Positions 21,095-31,741 of a DNA stretch of 64,000 nucleotides are shown in pieces. Origin of the DNA: Mantamonas sphyraenae STR306. Taxonomy: Eukaryota > Protista > CRuMs. The notes under the pieces are model-generated. The model made no database searches. It was not told where the DNA came from and saw nothing but the letters and a program-made list of their open reading frames with translations. The position numbers were made by a program, and so were the translations under genes. How positions within the stretch are numbered: the first letter of the stretch is position 1; every line of letters begins with the position of its first letter. The stretch spans positions 124,001-188,000 of the forward strand of contig JAPMXV010000075.1 in assembly GCA_026936335.1 (NCBI GenBank), in the 5' to 3' direction.

Positions 21095-24000
21095 ATGACC
21101 GTCTCTCGCGAACGGGCGATCGCAAAGTCCCCTCGTTGGATGCAGTTGGGCTTGCGAGCGGACGTCCGGCTGCACGCGTTGTTTTACAACCACGCACTGC
21201 GTGTGTTTGAAGCCCCGATGCTGGTCATGGTGATGTCGGTGGTCCTCGTGGCTGCCATCGCCTTGCCTGCACCGCCCATTGTCATGGACGACCGCGTGAG
21301 CCAGGTGCACACGCTGCGGGAAACCGGTTACATTCAGGACCAGCAGTCGTTTGGCTCCCGCGAGGTTTTCGACGTCATCATGACCTCCCGCACGAATGCA
21401 CCCATCTTTGTCGACGGTCACCCGGAAGCAGACACGGGCCATGACAACATTTTGAGCGCAGCCACGTTCACTGCTTTCCGCAAGCTGCGGGACGAAATAG
21501 AAGCCGCGTCCGCGACTGCTCCGAACGGCACGGTGATCGTCACATTCCGAGACGCCTGCTTGCCAGCACACCCTGCGTACGACATGGACGTCAATTCGTT
21601 CTCTGGCATGCACAAACTCACCTCAGACTCTCCGTGCTCGGTTCTTTCGCCCGGGTGGTCCATGGAAGCACTCCAGAACGAAACGGTGTCGAACGGCACC
21701 TACTACCTGGCAGGCATTCCCACGAACCAGGTGCTCGGTGGGGTCAAGCGCACAAACGGCACCATCAGCTCCATCCGCTCCCTGCGCGTCATCTGGGAGC
21801 TCGAGTCGGTGGGTTCGCACACGGAGCGAGATTCCTTCCAGAGAAAATGTGTACCCCTGCACTTCTTTGCGCTCACACGGCACTCCCTGCAGGTTACGGA
21901 CTTTGATGTGGATACACGTCGCGCTGCACTGCAGCAACTGCGGCTTGTGCTTCACGACAAGATTCAAAAGGCCCAGCTGGGTGATTACGTGGCGTTTTCT
22001 GGCTTTGAGGTGGGTTTGTTTTTTGCTGCCGATTTGTTCTCACCGTGTGCCCTCTGACTCTCTCCGTGTTTCCTGCGTCCGTTCAGACTCCCCTTGTGAT
22101 TCCGTGGGAAGGACCCGCTCTGTGGACGCTGGTGGCACTCGTGGCACTGATGCTGATCGCAGGATTCTCCACAAACGGACACAACGAGGTGATTCCGCTT
22201 CTGTGCGGCCTGGCGTCGGTCATCATGTCGATCATCGCCGTGACGTGCGTGATGGCGTGGCTGCAGGTGACTTTCCACTCGTTCATGGCCGTGTCGCTGA
22301 TGATCACGGTGGTGATTGGCGTCGACGACGTTTTCCTCATCACATTCACCTTGAAACGACGCCAACGCGACAACGACATCAAGCGCGAGTACGCACAGTC
22401 GCTGGGCGAGTCTGCAACGGCCATTTTCATGACCACGTTGACCGACGTGATTGTGTTTAGCTGCGGAATGATCGGAGCGTCGCCGGCGGCAGTCAAGTTT
22501 TGCAGCACGACATGCCTGTGCCTGATGATGGACTTTGCGCTGCAAATGACCTTTTTCATGGCTGCGATGGCACTTCATGCGCGATACATGGGCGGCTGCC
22601 GCAGGTGCTCGGTGTTGGACAAACACGCGGCGACAGAGACGGAGTACACATACAACGAGGCCGAGATGGACGACTACGACGCCACCGTCACCGACACCTT
22701 CATGGATCAGCCAGAGATGTCTGCCATGTACGAGCCGTCGTCCCGTCGTGGATCCAGCATGCCTGGAAGCGGCGCACAGACCGCAGGAAGTGCGACACCT
22801 GTGCGACGTGGAGACGACATTGAGATTCACGCGCTGCCGATGCACAAGTCATCGACTATCGGCGACGTCGCGTCGACAGTGCCAGTTTCACCACGCACAC
22901 AAACGACAGCAGCAGGTAATCAGGGCCTCAGCCTGCTGGGTATCGTGATGCGAGACTACTACGTGCCGCTGTTGGGCAAGCGCTGGTGCCAAGTGATCTG
23001 CGGCATCATTCTGGCGGGTCTCATAGGCATCTCTGTGGCTGGGTTTATTGGAGCCGACTTTTCGTATGTTGGATTCGACGAGGCGCACCTGCACACATCG
23101 ACGGACGCGCTGTTCATCGACATTCGGCTGCAGGACTTTCCAGAGGCGTTTACGGATCTGCACGTGGTGCTTCCGCGGAAAACCAATTACCACTCACCGA
23201 AAGTACAGAGTGCGGTGCTGGACATGTGCAGGCGCCTGGAGGGCATCCATGGAAAGTGGAGGGCGCCCGGGTTTCCGATCCGGTGCTGGCTGCGCGAGTT
23301 TGCGGCGTACAACAACGGGACATTGCCTTTGGGCCGCAAAGCATTCTACAACGCACTGCGACAGTTTACAGCAAGCGGTCCGGTGGGTGCGCAGGCACGC
23401 AGGGACCTGCTGTGGGACAAGGACGTGGTCGAGCAGTCGCGGCTGATGGTGCGTGTCAACAGGCCGTTGTTTGTGGACGAGGCTGTGGAAGTGAACAGCA
23501 CGATCAACACGGCGTTGCGTGGGGTAAACATGGCGTACGCTGTGGGGCTCAACACAATCGCCGACGCAGACAACCTGCCTGTGATCCTGGAGTCGCTGGT
23601 GACGGCGACGGGAACCGCAGTCGTACTCGTGGGCATCATCTGCGCCATCCTGCTCATCAACCCGTGGTCAAGCGTTGTGCTGATGGTTGTGATTGTGGCC
23701 ACGGTGGGCTGCGTGATTGCGGCACTGACATGGGGAGATGTCCATTTGTCCGTGCAGCTGCTGGTGGTCGGTGTGGCTGTCGTGGGCATGGGTGTGGACC
23801 TGACCGCACACATGATGCTGGCGTTCAACACACAGAGCGGGCCCAACCCGATCATCCGGCTGCGGCGCTCGCTTGTGGGCATCGGACCAGGAGTCTGGTA
23901 CTCGGGGCTGACGAACCTGGCGCTGCTCCCGTTTGTGTATGAGGGCTCTGTGTACCTTGTCTTTTCTGCTGTAATGCTGGTGGTGTCGAGCAGCTTTGGC

Positions 24001-24183
24001 ATGGTGTTTGCGTGGCTTGTGGTGCCCATGCTGGTCCAGGTGCTTCCGTTTCCTCCAGCGATTCGCGACGCGTCGATCATGCACGAGCTGAGTGATTTGA
24101 AGAATCACCCGTTTGACGCGTCTTCTCGATGGAAGCAGTCGTTTGCAGAGTACGAGGATGGGGAGAAGCCGAGGGACGGATGA
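21095..24183 (+). CDS. Patched/NPC1-like sterol-sensing RND transporter; join(21095..21808,21893..22009,22087..24183), ~975 aa
   Basis: Two TM bundles with VVIGVDDVFLI (TM4 GxDD) and GMGVDLTAH (TM10). Intron 22010..22086 is required to join frames. Intron 21809..21892 is in-frame and less certain. Confidence 0.82.
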
Positions 24184-24376
24184 GGGGTGGTGCAATGGAA
24201 TGTCAAGTGTTCAACGATACAGTACATATAGGATTACCTTCAGCAGCTCGTGCGGGACGTGCACATATGCGGTGGGAGGATGTGGGTGCCTGGACGCGCT
24301 GTGAGTCGCATCAAACAAGTCCGAGTCTTCTGCGTCGGCAGGACCACACGATTGGAAGGGGTGGTGAGGGGTGGAC

Positions 24377-25898
24377 ATGTTGAGCCATCGTGGCACGTTT
24401 GTCCTCACTGTGGTGATGATGGGTGCAGCCTTGACCTGTGCAGCGACAACGACAAGCTGCGGCAGGTTGGCTGTGCCGCTTGACGCGACCGAGTTTCGAC
24501 GTCCAGCTGCGTCGCCGCTTGAGCTGCCCGAATGGAAGCCCGGTTCAGCTCCAGCCACAGTTTTGTGCAACGTGTCTGCCGCAATGCCCGTTGATCTTGC
24601 ACCGCCAGCAACAGTGGGAAGTGCGCCGGTGCAGAAGGAGTGTCGGTGGAGCGTGGTCGGTGCGTTGTACGCTCTTTGCAACTCATCCTTGCCCTCTTCA
24701 CCGCTGCAGACCCAGGTGATACACATTCCGCATGCCGCTGTGCACGCACAGGTTGTGTGGGACACGGAGCAGCGATACTCGTTCGCGTCGCGGGGGACGA
24801 CGGGGCGAGGTGCGTTCAACGACACAAACCTGTAGGTGTGGGCGTATCCATTGGTTTTACTTGTGCACACGTGTCCTGTGCCATGAAACGGCGTCCGTTG
24901 ATGCTTCCGTAGCCGTGTCCTGCCTTGTGCACAGGACGCTGACCCCGTTGCACAGCGCGCAGACCATAGTGAACCCAACCAACTCGTTTCACCACTACAG
25001 CAATGTTCAGGGCCAACACGAGGTGCTTGTGGTGCCGCTGATGCAAGTGCCCCTGCACTTTTGGCACTATCTGGCCGAGTTTTGCACGCTTTTGGTGCCT
25101 GTGCTGGAAGCACTGCAGGCCCATCCGACGTGGAAGCTGCTTGTTCCGCAACACGTCGAAGCGTATCTTCCTGTGCAGGAGCTGGGTGTGCGAGACGAGC
25201 AAGTGGTCAAACACGACTGGCAGACCACCATGCACGCACGTCACATGCTCGTGGTCACGCAGAGACCCGTGCATCTGGTGGATCTGCCGGATGGCCAGCT
25301 GTTGAAGGCGCTGCGGCAAAGATGGTGGCAAGTCACGGGTAAGGAACGTTTTGCGGCACGGGAAAAAGAGATCCCGCGCCGGATTCTGATTGTGCAACAC
25401 TCGTGCATGCCCGATGGAGCACGTAATCTTCGCAATGCTGAGGCGCTTGTGGTGGCGTTGGAAGGAAAGCTGAGGAGCACACCTCTCGATGGAATGTTTA
25501 CGGTGGAGGTCGACTGCGTTGGCGAACGTCCGCGCGTGGAGCAACAAGAGGCTTTCCATGACGCAGCCATGGTCATCATGGCTGCAGGCTCTGCCACTGG
25601 GAATCTACTGTACAGCCGACCTCACACGCCCGTGATTGTCATCCACGCAGGTGACATCGGCTACTTGGGGTTCTACAACCTCGCCGCAGCGTGGGAAGTG
25701 GACTACATCATGGCAAAGGCGGGAGATTGGGGTTCGTTTGATGGTGTGTGGGAGCTGCCTGTCGATGTGGTGGAGGCCTTGGCAGCGAGAGGGGTCGACG
25801 AGCTGGCCAAGCGGTGGGGGGTGGTGGAGGATGCTTCATCTGCGATGAATCCCGTGGATAGCAAAGCAGCGCACACTGTTGGGTCAAGACCGGCATGA
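24377..25898 (+). CDS. Glycosyltransferase family 61-like (DUF563 type); join(24377..24831,24935..25898), ~472 aa
   Basis: Signal/anchor at the N-terminus; HFWHYLAEF and EQQEAFHDAAMVIMAAGSATGNLLYSRPHTPVIVI match GT61 patterns; GTAGGT..CAG intron restores frame. Confidence 0.75.
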
Positions 25899-26278
25899 AG
25901 GTGAACGAGAGAGGCTTCTTGGGACAATGTCCCGTTCCAACTCTGTCCGTGAATGAATCCTTTTCCCAGATCCGTCACCACGAGGCATCCCACCGGTGGT
26001 GAAGGGGAAATAATCCGCGTCCACAATGAGTTTTCAAGGACCTCTGGGATAGTGTGCAGGGTGCATCAGCTCGCTGACAAATCAGCGCGACTCAGCGCGG
26101 CTCGGGAGCGCTGCGCTGAATCTTTTTTCCCTTGCCAGCGATCGACCCACGGGCGGCTGCAACGTGACGCAGAACACTGCTGTAGGAAACTCACACAACA
26201 CAAGATCCTTCTCTCGTGTGCCATCGGAATGAAGATCTTGCCTTGCGCGCGACGGGCAATCGAAACGAGGTTTTTCCG

Positions 26279-29200
26279 ATGCGAGCCCTCCTTGTCGCCT
26301 TTCTTTCTTTCCTGGTGCTCCTTTCCCTGGCATCTCTGGGTGCTGGCCAGAGAGATGCAACTCTGTGCTTCATGCAAGCTCTCGGCGTGGCCCCTGCCGA
26401 TCCCCTCACCTGTCATTGCACCTGGCGAGGGGTGACGTGCGACGAGTGGAATGCTACGCAAACTTCCTGCCCGTCAACCACCTCTGTACACTCCATCAAG
26501 CTGGACTCTATCGCTCCAACACCTCCGTACACTCCCAAAATCGACGGGGATTGCCTTCAGAACCTGACTTCCCTGAAAACCCTCGAGCTGCGCAACATGA
26601 GCATCCATGGCGGCCTCTCGAAAATACCCACGTTCTTGAGAACGCTCTCCATGCCATTCAACGCCATCCAGAACATTTCCGCGTGGTACAAAGTTTTTTT
26701 TTATGAAAGTAACTACGTTGATCTTGGGAGCATCGAAACTTTAGACCTGAGCCACAACATCCTTGAGCTGGAATTTGGCGGGGATGCGGAGAAGATCCTC
26801 TTTGAAAAGCTTGTCAATCTCAAAGAGATTAACTTGTCTCACAACCGCCTGAAGGGGTCTCTTCGTCGCTTTGGATTGCCTTATTTCGAGGAAGAAATGC
26901 TCTCATATCTGAGGGTTGTGGACTTTTCGAGCAATCAGCTGGTTGGTCCGCTGCCGCCCCTGCGCTCGTTCGGCAAAGTCCGCGTTCTAAACGTCTCTCA
27001 CAACCAAATCGACGAGCCGATTACGCGCGACCATCTCTCCTCCACCCTTCGTACCCTGGACGCCTCCCACAACGCCATTCCCGGCGCGCTTCCGCAAGAC
27101 CCGTCCCTGTGGGCATCTATGCACATCGTGGACCTGAGCAACAACAAGCTGATTGGAAGCATACCCTCGCTCCTCCCAGCTTCGTCTCTGCAGTCACTCA
27201 AGTTGGCCAGCAACACACTGTCGGGCGCGCTGCCGCCGTCGCTTTGGCAGCAGCCACAACTGCTCGTCCTCGACCTCACTGACAACCTCATCTCTGGACG
27301 TATCGATGGCCATTCGTCGTCGCCAACGTGGAATAGCACTGCTCTGCAGTGGCTGTCTCTGGCACGCAATCAACTGAACGACACGCTGCCGCCGCAGCTC
27401 GGGAGTCTCACAAATCTCACCTATCTGGGCCTCTCTGAAAACCAGATAGAGGGCAAAATCATACCCGAGGTTGTTCAACTGATGCACATGCACCGTCTCA
27501 GCCACCTGGACGCCTTTGCCAACCTCTTGTCGGGCACGGTACCCAGGGCACTCTTTGCCGTCGCCCCCAGCGCAGATCCCCGGGCCAAGCGTATCATCAA
27601 CCTCTCTCGCAATGAGCTTTTGGACACCCAGATTCTGGAAACACTCCTGCATGGCGACGCTCTCAACGTGGAGTTGCATTTCAGCGGAAACAACAACGAG
27701 ACGACCCAGATTCCAGACACGCCCAAGTGGAGCCGCTTCGCCTGCTTGAATCTCCACCTGACTGCCATGTCGCTTGATGGACCGGTGCCGTCGTCGTTTG
27801 TGCGTGCAAACCTGAGCTACCTGAATCTCGCCTTCAACAAGCTTTCGGGTGACTTTCCCGCGGCGCAGCTGAAGGGACAGAACCCCGCCTGCCAACTAAA
27901 GGTGCTCTCATTGGGCAACCAGCAGGGCATCCGGGACCATCTCCGTCTGCCGCTCGGCGAGGCCTTGCATGCGTTGGCTCGTGTCGCACACCTGCGTGAG
28001 GTGTACTTGGACCACATGAATCTCACGTACGATGCTCCCTGCAGCAATAACAGCGCTGCAAGGTTCCTGCAAGAGCTGGAAGTGTTGTCACTTGCATATT
28101 CGACTGTGAACGACAATTGCCCATTCGACGTCGAACTGTTTGGTTTGCCGCGCATCCGCTCCATCGACCTGCAAGGAACCCTCTTTAGACTGCACATCAA
28201 CGAAAGCATAGCGTTTAGTCCTAGCCTGCGTGTCATCAACGTCGGCGGGAAACGAATGTCCGCAGTGATTCCGTGGCACAAGCTTCCGCCCCAGTTGGAA
28301 TATCTGGCCATTGAGGGCCCCGAAGACATCGCTGTGGACGCAAGCATCTCTGCGGAAGCGTCTCGCAACGTGACGTTGCGCTCGTTGCACACTGTGCTGC
28401 TTCCACGCACCCGATTTGGCCACACCTTGAGAAACTTGTGCCCGGTTCTCCCCGCGATCCAGCGGTTCAGCATTCAAGACTCGGTCGAGGTGGATTTCCT
28501 GCCAGATTGTCTGGTCAGCTGGCGCGGCCTCGTTCAGTTCATCGTACGCAACTGCGGCCTTGGGGGCGACGATCTCCCCGACTTTTCAACGATGTCCAAC
28601 TTGACTGAGTTGGACCTGAGCAACAACAGGATCAGTTCGTCCACGTGGACAGTTCAGCGATCGCTGGTGCGGTGGTATGGGCCGACCCCTGTTTCGCCGC
28701 CTCTCAAGGTGCTGAACCTGCAGAACAATCTCATCCGCGGAGCCGCTGCCAACCTGCTCGTGGCGCGGAACTGGGGTGACCTCGACCTGTCTTTCAATAG
28801 TCTCAATGGGGAAATCCAACCTTCCGCAGACCTGCGCATGTCGTCCTTTACCACGATCCGACTCGAGAACAACGAAAACGTGACAGGAGCGCTTTCCGAG
28901 GAGCTGCTCACCATCCCATCGTTATCGTACGTCAACGTGGCCAACACGAGCGCCACGCTGTCGGACTTTACTCAGTGCACGGTGGAGGCGTGGGAACCCA
29001 TTGTAACGCATGGCGAGCAAAAGCTGCGTTGCAAGGATCTCACCCTGTCCTGCAACCGCCGTGTGCAGATTCGAGGCTCCTGGCCAAACGCAAAGTTTTG
29101 CGAGTGCCTGGAAACCACAGGGTTTGGGAGCAATTTGACAACGTGCTTGGATTGTCCCACGTGGCATCCGGCCAGCCGGTGTTCCGGCGGCATGATCACC

Positions 29201-30739
29201 AGCAGCCGATACGACGACAGCACCGAGCGCATCCGAGTGTGTCCCGTGCCCTTTGCGTGTGAGTCTGTGTCACAGGTGGACGTTGTGGGCAACAACAGCG
29301 ATCCCCACTGCGCTCTGGAGTACACGGGCCGTTTGTGCTCCGAATGCCGGCTGAGTGTGCCTCACCACGGCAAACAAGTGCAGGTGTACCGCCACGGCAA
29401 GAAGTGCGAGCCGTGCCAAGATTCCGACGTGTGGCAACCCATCACCCTGCTGTGCGTGGCATTTGTCGCCCTGCTTGCGTTTACGTTTCACTCGCGCTTC
29501 CACCACTACGACAGCCAGAAGGGCACCAAAAAGATCCTCATCTTCTGGCTTCAAATTATGGCTGTACTCGACTCGTCCATTTTCTCCGTGGATGTCCAGT
29601 ATGAGGCCCTGCGCTCCCAGGCACATGGCGCAGGGGAAGCATTTGTGGAAGACTCGTTTAAGACCGACTCCATCAGGCGAGAGCTGTCGCAGTTGGTCAA
29701 ACTATCTTTCAGCAGTGTGCTGTGTGCGTTTGATCATCCGGAAACGCATGGGGTGCCGTGGAAGGAGCCGTGGATGTTTGAGTTTTGGCTGCGTTTGGGT
29801 CTGCCGCTGGGGATCATCACTCTGCTGTGCGTGGCCATCTTCAGCTTGGCGCATGTGGGCGGACAGCACCTTTTTGGCACGCGCAGGCACCTGCGGCGGA
29901 TGACCATGGGCATTGCCGTCTACTTTCTTGTGCAATTTGGGTACGCGGGCATGACGCTGGTCTCCCTCCAGGTGATGAACTGCACGAACCCAGATGGCTA
30001 CATGAACGCCCTACCGTTTGTAAAGTGCGATCTCGAGCCCGTCAAGGTGCTTGTCGGTGTCGCGTGGGTTGCCTTTCTGCTTGTGGGGCTTGGGCTGCCG
30101 GCCCTCGTGTTCTGGCGTGTGCGACGCATCCGCTGGCAAGAGGCGTCGCGTCCGGCCGATGAGCAGTTTGTCAAGGAGAATCTGATGGCGTGGGGCCATC
30201 TGTACTGCAGCTACCGCGACGAGGCGTGGTGGTACGAATCGGTTTTGATGCTGCGCCGACTGGTGGTGACCATGATTGTCTCGTTGACCCCGTACGACAA
30301 CCTGCCGCTGCTGTTTTCTCTGCTGATGTTGAGCATGCTTGCGTTTATTTCCATCCACGCGCATGTGCAGCCGTTCAAGCGGCGCCAGGACAACCTGCTC
30401 GAAGACGTTTCCCTCAACCTGCTGCTCGTCCTCACCGTGATTGGCACGCTTGTCACAGTGCTGCCGTACAGAGACTTTGGCGACGCTCTGTTGGCCCTGT
30501 TTGGCGTCGAGACCATCGGCTCCCTGCTCTTTGTGATCGTCGCCGCGATGAAGCTGCTGCGTGAAATTTCCCACTCGGTGGACTTTCGCGCGATGATGGC
30601 TTGGGCCAAAGGGATGTTGAGCAGGGGCGAGAGACAGCAGTCGTCACGCAAGTCGAAGAGCGGACGATCTCGTCTGGTGCCGCAGGGCCGGCGGAGGGGC
30701 GGCAAGGACAGGGAGATTCCGCTGCTGGAGGATTTTTGA
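26279..30739 (+). CDS. LRR-ectodomain multipass (about 7 TM) receptor-like protein (~1486 aa)
   Basis: Signal peptide MRALLVAFLSFLVLLSLA; plant-type LRRNT CTWRGVTC; many LxLSxNxLxGxIP repeats; Cys-rich juxtamembrane CALEYTGRLCSEC; TM domain with WGHLYCSYRDEAWWYESVLMLRRL. Confidence 0.88.
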   Translation: MRALLVAFLSFLVLLSLASLGAGQRDATLCFMQALGVAPADPLTCHCTWRGVTCDEWNATQTSCPSTTSVHSIKLDSIAPTPPYTPKIDGDCLQNLTSLKTLELRNMSIHGGLSKIPTFLRTLSMPFNAIQNISAWYKVFFYESNYVDLGSIETLDLSHNILELEFGGDAEKILFEKLVNLKEINLSHNRLKGSLRRFGLPYFEEEMLSYLRVVDFSSNQLVGPLPPLRSFGKVRVLNVSHNQIDEPITRDHLSSTLRTLDASHNAIPGALPQDPSLWASMHIVDLSNNKLIGSIPSLLPASSLQSLKLASNTLSGALPPSLWQQPQLLVLDLTDNLISGRIDGHSSSPTWNSTALQWLSLARNQLNDTLPPQLGSLTNLTYLGLSENQIEGKIIPEVVQLMHMHRLSHLDAFANLLSGTVPRALFAVAPSADPRAKRIINLSRNELLDTQILETLLHGDALNVELHFSGNNNETTQIPDTPKWSRFACLNLHLTAMSLDGPVPSSFVRANLSYLNLAFNKLSGDFPAAQLKGQNPACQLKVLSLGNQQGIRDHLRLPLGEALHALARVAHLREVYLDHMNLTYDAPCSNNSAARFLQELEVLSLAYSTVNDNCPFDVELFGLPRIRSIDLQGTLFRLHINESIAFSPSLRVINVGGKRMSAVIPWHKLPPQLEYLAIEGPEDIAVDASISAEASRNVTLRSLHTVLLPRTRFGHTLRNLCPVLPAIQRFSIQDSVEVDFLPDCLVSWRGLVQFIVRNCGLGGDDLPDFSTMSNLTELDLSNNRISSSTWTVQRSLVRWYGPTPVSPPLKVLNLQNNLIRGAAANLLVARNWGDLDLSFNSLNGEIQPSADLRMSSFTTIRLENNENVTGALSEELLTIPSLSYVNVANTSATLSDFTQCTVEAWEPIVTHGEQKLRCKDLTLSCNRRVQIRGSWPNAKFCECLETTGFGSNLTTCLDCPTWHPASRCSGGMITSSRYDDSTERIRVCPVPFACESVSQVDVVGNNSDPHCALEYTGRLCSECRLSVPHHGKQVQVYRHGKKCEPCQDSDVWQPITLLCVAFVALLAFTFHSRFHHYDSQKGTKKILIFWLQIMAVLDSSIFSVDVQYEALRSQAHGAGEAFVEDSFKTDSIRRELSQLVKLSFSSVLCAFDHPETHGVPWKEPWMFEFWLRLGLPLGIITLLCVAIFSLAHVGGQHLFGTRRHLRRMTMGIAVYFLVQFGYAGMTLVSLQVMNCTNPDGYMNALPFVKCDLEPVKVLVGVAWVAFLLVGLGLPALVFWRVRRIRWQEASRPADEQFVKENLMAWGHLYCSYRDEAWWYESVLMLRRLVVTMIVSLTPYDNLPLLFSLLMLSMLAFISIHAHVQPFKRRQDNLLEDVSLNLLLVLTVIGTLVTVLPYRDFGDALLALFGVETIGSLLFVIVAAMKLLREISHSVDFRAMMAWAKGMLSRGERQQSSRKSKSGRSRLVPQGRRRGGKDREIPLLEDF

Positions 30740-30899
30740 GCAGAGCAGGTCTTTGCGACCGACCGTGAACACAGCTGTGCTTTGCTGAAAAGCAATAAAA
30801 ATCCATCCTTTCGATGGTAGTCGGTCGCAAATCCCTGCCGTCAGCCGCCCGTCGCCCCGCCCACCTTTATTCCGTGTGTGTTGTGCGGAGCAGAGCGGC

Positions 30900-31480
30900 G
30901 GCGAACGTCCGAACGGAGGAATGGGAGGGCCACGGGGAGTGAGGATGGGTTGAGAGGGATTGAGAGGGGGTGGGGAGGGTGGGAATGAAGGTGGTTTGTT
31001 GGAGAGGGTGTTGGATGGGGGGGTGGACGGGGTGGAAGGGGTGAAAGTGGTTTCCCAAATTGTGAGTGTCAAGCTTGACCGCAGAAGAGACACTGCAGCG
31101 TTGTTTCGGTGTGGCCATTGGCTCTCTGCTGTTTGTGATCGTCGTCGCGATGAAGCAGCTGCGCGATGTGTCTCAGCTCGCCAGATCTTCGGGCTACGAC
31201 ACGCGATGATTTCTTGGGGGGCAGGGGAAGCTGAAAGTTGGCCGGAGCCGGGAAGGAAGGGACAGCTATCACGCATGGAGAGGAACGTACGATGTTGTCT
31301 GGGGTCGCATGGCCGGCGTAGGGGCGGAGAGGACGGGTGGGGTGAAGGGTGGCGAACGCCCGAACGGAGGAATGGGAGGGCCAGAGAGAATGAGGATGGG
31401 TTGAGAGGGGTTGAGAGGGGGTGGGGAGGGTGGGAAAGAAGGTGGTTTGTTGGAGAGGGTGTTGGATGGGGTGGTGGACA
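30900..31480 (+). repeat. Two ~130-bp G-rich direct repeats (30900-31029 and 31351-31480)
   Basis: GGCGAACG(T/C)CCGAACGGAGGAATGGGAGGGCCA..GGTGGTTTGTTGGAGAGGGTGTTGGATGGGG occurs twice. Confidence 0.9.
31090..31336 (+). pseudogene. Decayed copy of the 3' end (about 30485-30712) of the LRR multipass gene
   Basis: GGCTCTCTGCTGTTTGTGATCGTCGTCGCGATGAAGCAGCTGCG versus GGCTCCCTGCTCTTTGTGATCGTCGCCGCGATGAAGCTGCTGCG; similarity continues with indels. Confidence 0.85.
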
Positions 31481-31741
31481 ACGGGGAGAAGCTGGTACTT
31501 TGAGCATCGCTTTCCCGCACGGCGATTCAGGTCACAGAATGATCTTGCCGGTCTTCCATACGCTGTGTGTAGAGAAACGCCCTAGGGAAGGGTTTTGAGG
31601 TCGCCAGAGCATGCGATGCAGCGATGTAAAGGTGCCACACGCGCCCACTCCACCAACACCAGCAACCACTCATGGCAACACGGAAGCGGGGAACGAGCAT
31701 TGCCTCTGCCACATCATCTCCTTCTCCATCCGACACATGGG

